Assembly: GCA_963840035.1 (NCBI GenBank)
Contig: CAWIXE010000002.1
Coordinates: 448,001 to 512,000, forward strand
Reading direction: 5' to 3'
Origin: a candidate division FCPU426 bacterium
GTDB taxonomy: Bacteria > Oederibacteriota > PGYV01 > Palsa-1178
Length of the DNA stretch: 64,000 bases
The translations under genes and the position numbers were made by a program. How positions within the stretch are numbered: the stretch's first letter is position 1; every line of letters begins with the position of its first letter. Shown here in pieces: positions 60,162 to 64,000 of this stretch. The notes under the pieces were generated by a model. It worked only from the letters and a program-made list of their open reading frames with translations. It made no database searches and was not told where the DNA came from.

Positions 60162-62423
60162 GTGGGAAAAAAGAAAAAAAAGGTAAAAAAATACGGGAAT
60201 AACCGGCCGCTTATGAAGTCCATATATGAGTTCGGGACATTTAACCTTACAGCGCTTGCTTTTCTCGTGGCGCTTACCGGACAGTTCTGCCTTTATATGC
60301 AGAAGTGGCTTATTCCGGGGCTGGTTTTATACGCCATAGCGGTGATAATATTTATCATAGCTGAAAATGCCGGAAAGAAACCTGAAGAAAAAGAAAACAT
60401 AGCGCCATCCATGGAAATTGCCCTGTTCCTGTCCATCCTTGCTGTCGCGGTATTTTTCAGGGTGTGGATGATAGACCAGCTTCCGGCAGGCTGCTACCGC
60501 GATGAAGGGCAAAACGGTACGGAAGGCATAAATATAATGAACGGTGTGGAATTAGACGGGACAAAACTCCCGGTTTATATAGAAAGATGGACGCAAAACG
60601 CCGCCATGTACATGTATTTTATCGCGGCGTTCTTCAAGCTTTTTGGCATCGGGGTCATTCAGATAAGGGAAGTATCGGTGTTTATCGGCGTGTTGTGCGT
60701 GCCGGCTTTTTACTTCCTGGCAAGGTACCTTTTTGGAGTCAGGGTGGCGTTAATCGGGGCGTTTTTAATGGCTGTCACGCGCTGGCATGTCAACTTCTCA
60801 AGGATAGGTTTTTTGGGCATTGCCACGGTATTCTTCGTCATTACCTGTATGTACTTCGCTTACAGGCTTTACAGGAAAAGGCAGGTAACTGATTTTATAA
60901 TTTTCGGGGCATTAACAGCCCTGTCACTTTATACATACCTGGCGTCCAGGCTTATCCCGGTTGGTTTCGCGATATTTATGGTTTATATGTTTTTTGCGGA
61001 ATCAAAATTTTATAAGAAGAATTTAAAGGGGCTGCTTTTCGGCATAACAGCCTTTTTTGTGGTTGCGGCGCCGCTTGGCATTTATGCCATGCAGCACCCG
61101 GAGAATTTTATGTCAAGATCATCCACGGTTTCCATATTTAACCAGGAAATGCTCCATGAAGTGGGGGGGCGTTATGTGGAAAAGGACGGTACCACGCCAA
61201 AGCACTGGACAAAACTGTACGCGGAAAATTTTTGCAATACCATGCTCATGTTCAACTACGTGGGCGACGGAAACCCCCGGCATAATTTCCATACACAGCC
61301 CATGCTGGACTTCATTTCCGGGATATTTTTTGTGCTGGGCTTTGGGTACGCTGTCTTCCATTTATTAAAAGCGCGGTATTTCCTGCTGCTTGCGCTTTTC
61401 GCGGCATTTCTCCAGACAGGCCTGCTTTCCACGGAGTCGCCACAGGCATACAGGACCATTGTGGAAATCCCGGTTGTCATAATATTCATGCTGATATTTT
61501 TTGAGCAGCTGTTCAAAAATGCCTACGCTCAGTACGGTAAAAAGATCATGCTGCCGCTTGTCCTGTCCGTTTCGCTCGCGTTAGGCGTGGTCGGCGTGAA
61601 TAACTACCTGCTGTATTTTGACAAATGGGCGAATAACCCGGGAAGCTGGGCGGAGTTTTCTTCTGATGAATATTCCATGGGAAGGTATGTGAAAGGCCTT
61701 GGCGACGACTGGACCGCTATAGTGCAGGCGGACTGGGTCGAGAGTTATACTTTCCGTTTCGCCATTTATCCTAATAATAATGTGGAGGTATTCAACCCGT
61801 CAGACTGGATACCCATCCAGTCAAAGATTAGGAAGAACTTTGTTTTCATCCTTGACGATACATACCTGCCGATGCTTACCATCTTAAGGCGCATGTATCC
61901 TGAGGGAAAGTATACCGATTTCAGGCATAAGTTCTATCCGAACCTGGTGCTTTACTGGACATACGAAGTGCCGTATGAGGCGGTAAAAAGGTACCAGGAT
62001 AAGCCCAATAAGAACGGGTTAACGGGATACTATTATAAGGGCCTTAAATGGGAAGGTAAACCCGCGTTTACCAGGCTTGACCCGTTTATACTTTTTAACT
62101 GGACCAGGGACCCGATAATGGGGCCTTTTTCGGTTAAGTGGGCCGGGAAGCTGTACGCTGAAAAAACAGGCACATATACCTTCATGACCGAGTCAAACGA
62201 CTACTCCGACCTTTATATAGACGGCAAGCAGGTCATAAATAACCCCGGTTATTCAAAGGGGCAGCAGAATATAAAGCAGGATATAAAACTCTCCGCGGGA
62301 TACCATTCCATACAGCTGCGTTATTATGAATCGATACATTACTCGCGCATGCAGTTTTTCTGGCGCGCGCCGGGGATGGAAGACATGGAGGTTGTGCCAA
62401 GTGAAGTCCTCATCCCGCAGTAA
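60162..62423 (+). CDS. GT-C glycosyltransferase with PA14 domain (tandem paralog of 57746-59995)
   Basis: GTG start after GGAGG; colinear similarity along the whole length with the upstream gene. Confidence 0.85.
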   Translation: MGKKKKKVKKYGNNRPLMKSIYEFGTFNLTALAFLVALTGQFCLYMQKWLIPGLVLYAIAVIIFIIAENAGKKPEEKENIAPSMEIALFLSILAVAVFFRVWMIDQLPAGCYRDEGQNGTEGINIMNGVELDGTKLPVYIERWTQNAAMYMYFIAAFFKLFGIGVIQIREVSVFIGVLCVPAFYFLARYLFGVRVALIGAFLMAVTRWHVNFSRIGFLGIATVFFVITCMYFAYRLYRKRQVTDFIIFGALTALSLYTYLASRLIPVGFAIFMVYMFFAESKFYKKNLKGLLFGITAFFVVAAPLGIYAMQHPENFMSRSSTVSIFNQEMLHEVGGRYVEKDGTTPKHWTKLYAENFCNTMLMFNYVGDGNPRHNFHTQPMLDFISGIFFVLGFGYAVFHLLKARYFLLLALFAAFLQTGLLSTESPQAYRTIVEIPVVIIFMLIFFEQLFKNAYAQYGKKIMLPLVLSVSLALGVVGVNNYLLYFDKWANNPGSWAEFSSDEYSMGRYVKGLGDDWTAIVQADWVESYTFRFAIYPNNNVEVFNPSDWIPIQSKIRKNFVFILDDTYLPMLTILRRMYPEGKYTDFRHKFYPNLVLYWTYEVPYEAVKRYQDKPNKNGLTGYYYKGLKWEGKPAFTRLDPFILFNWTRDPIMGPFSVKWAGKLYAEKTGTYTFMTESNDYSDLYIDGKQVINNPGYSKGQQNIKQDIKLSAGYHSIQLRYYESIHYSRMQFFWRAPGMEDMEVVPSEVLIPQ

Positions 62424-63213
62424 AAAACAGAAAGTTGTAGTGGTCATGCCGGCGTATAACGCGGCAAAGACCCTTGAGAAGACATACAGGGATATACCCA
62501 AGAGCGTTGTGGACAGGATAATACTTGTCGATGATGTCTCAAAAGACGAGACAGTCGAAGTGGCAAGGCACCTGGGCATCAAGACCATAGTCCACATACA
62601 AAATAAAGGCTACGGCGGCAACCAGAAGACCTGTTACATAGAAGCTTTAAAGGAAGGCGCGGATATCGTGGTCATGCTCCACCCGGATTACCAGTATGAT
62701 TCAAGGCTCATACCCGAGATGATAGCGCCTATCATAAACGGCCACGCGGATTTTGTGCTCGGCTCAAGGATGCTCGGAGAAGGCGCCCTGCGCGGCGGGA
62801 TGCCTTTGTACAAGTACATTTCAAACAAGGTGCTTACATTCATCGAGAACGAGTGCTTCGGCAAGCATTACTCCGAACTGCATACGGGGTTCAGGGCATA
62901 CAGCAGGAAGCTCCTGACCACGATACCTTTCACCCTTAACTCGGATGATTTTGTTTTTGACACGGAAGTCATAGCGCAGGTGGAGATGTTCAAGTTCCAG
63001 TCGAGCGAAGTGCCTGTGCCGACGAGGTACTTTAAGGAAGCTTCATCAATAAATTTTTTAAGGTCTTCCATTTACGGACTTGCCACACTGAAGGTCATGG
63101 CACAGTTCCTCATGCATAAGTGGGGGATAAAGAAATACCCCAAGTTCAGCAAAACCTTATCCGATGTTGTCAGCCCCTTTTACGCGAAAAAGTTAAAAAA
63201 AGGAAGCAAATAA
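62401..63213 (+). CDS. GT2 glycosyltransferase (polyprenol-phosphate sugar synthase-like)
   Basis: GTG after GGAGG 62387; VVMPAYN, LVDD.S.D.T, NKGYG, VLGSR, TGFRAY. Confidence 0.9.
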   Translation: MKSSSRSKKQKVVVVMPAYNAAKTLEKTYRDIPKSVVDRIILVDDVSKDETVEVARHLGIKTIVHIQNKGYGGNQKTCYIEALKEGADIVVMLHPDYQYDSRLIPEMIAPIINGHADFVLGSRMLGEGALRGGMPLYKYISNKVLTFIENECFGKHYSELHTGFRAYSRKLLTTIPFTLNSDDFVFDTEVIAQVEMFKFQSSEVPVPTRYFKEASSINFLRSSIYGLATLKVMAQFLMHKWGIKKYPKFSKTLSDVVSPFYAKKLKKGSK

Positions 63214-64000
63214 TGGTGAAAAAAATAATTTTCTGGCTTGGAATGGCTGTGACGGTAGTTTGCATGTATTTTGTCCTGCGTGGCATTAAATACAATGAAC
63301 TGCTGGAAATAGTAAGCCATATAAACATATGGCTGCTGTGCGCGACCGTAGCCCTTTATATAGGCGGCTATTACATCAGGGCTGAGCGGTGGCACCATCT
63401 GTTAAAGCACATAAAGCCGCTTAAAGCGGTGGAGCTGTTTCCCTACCTGGTAATGGGATTTATGTTCAATAACGTCCTGCCGGCGCGTGCCGGCGAGTTC
63501 ATCAGGGCGTATATGACAGGCACGAAAAAGGGCGTCTCAAAGTCGTCTACTTTCGCGACGGTGGTCATAGAAAGGGTCTTTGACGGGCTTGTCATGATTT
63601 TTTACTTCATTATAGGATATCTTGCGTTCCATTTCATAACAAAGCAGTCAGAAGTGCCGCCGATAAATGTATTCTCGTTTTCTTTCGGCGTAAAGGACGC
63701 GGTTTTAGCTTTTGCAATCGCGGGGAGCGTTTTATTTATAGGAATTTTTGTTTTTATGTTTATGCTGCTTTATAAAAGGGAAGCCACGGAAAAATTTATT
63801 CATACCATGTTGAAAGTTTTTCCGGAGAGTATTCGTTCCAAAGCGGTCGGGTTCCTGGATACTTTCATTAACGGGCTCGGCGTGCTTGGCAGCCTAAAGG
63901 ATATAATGACGGTTTTTGGTCTTTCTTTCCTGGCGTGGACAGTGGAGGCTTTTACTTACTGGCTGATGGGACAGGCCATGCATTTGCATATAAGCTTCCT
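63213..64000 (+). CDS. Lysylphosphatidylglycerol-synthase TM / flippase-like protein (3'-truncated by window edge)
   Basis: Translated by hand: MVKKIIFWLG...IRAERW..LL...GFMFNNVLPARAGEFIRA...VVIERVFD. Confidence 0.88.
   Translation, partial: MVKKIIFWLGMAVTVVCMYFVLRGIKYNELLEIVSHINIWLLCATVALYIGGYYIRAERWHHLLKHIKPLKAVELFPYLVMGFMFNNVLPARAGEFIRAYMTGTKKGVSKSSTFATVVIERVFDGLVMIFYFIIGYLAFHFITKQSEVPPINVFSFSFGVKDAVLAFAIAGSVLFIGIFVFMFMLLYKREATEKFIHTMLKVFPESIRSKAVGFLDTFINGLGVLGSLKDIMTVFGLSFLAWTVEAFTYWLMGQAMHLHISF

Overview
A 64-kb chromosomal core region of a diderm, probably anaerobic bacterium. The Ser/Thr-rich protein with a C-terminal sorting-like domain is reminiscent of Goldiibacteriota/Firestonebacteria-type candidate phyla (inference only). 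All ~57 credible CDS lie on the + strand: trpB/A, accD, folC, cysE, ligA, GH57, purD/E, a frameshifted tsaC, ferredoxin, a B12-riboswitch-controlled cobC/cobO/btuFCDB operon, mreBCD-mrdA-rodA-rng-hldD, pta-ackA, a methyltransferase plus SiaABCD-like c-di-GMP module, a GTPase-less FeoB, iorB-paaK-ACT-iorA, murJ, infC-rpmI-rplT (L20 leader, AUU start) and a GT-C/GT2/flippase glycosylation cluster. I saw no rRNA, tRNA, CRISPR, integrase or transposase. The most unusual content is non-coding. About 20 arrays of degenerate 7-nt tandem units from several unrelated sequence families are present. Most start on or just after a stop codon and form inverted arms that end just before the next RBS. Some arms are split around apparent cargo genes, one array is translated inside IorA, and some can occlude an SD or supply a -35 box. 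These arrays are interleaved with GTAG-type REP elements (one translated inside FolC, one with a nested insertion) and two other mini-palindrome families, two of which sit between diverged direct duplications.
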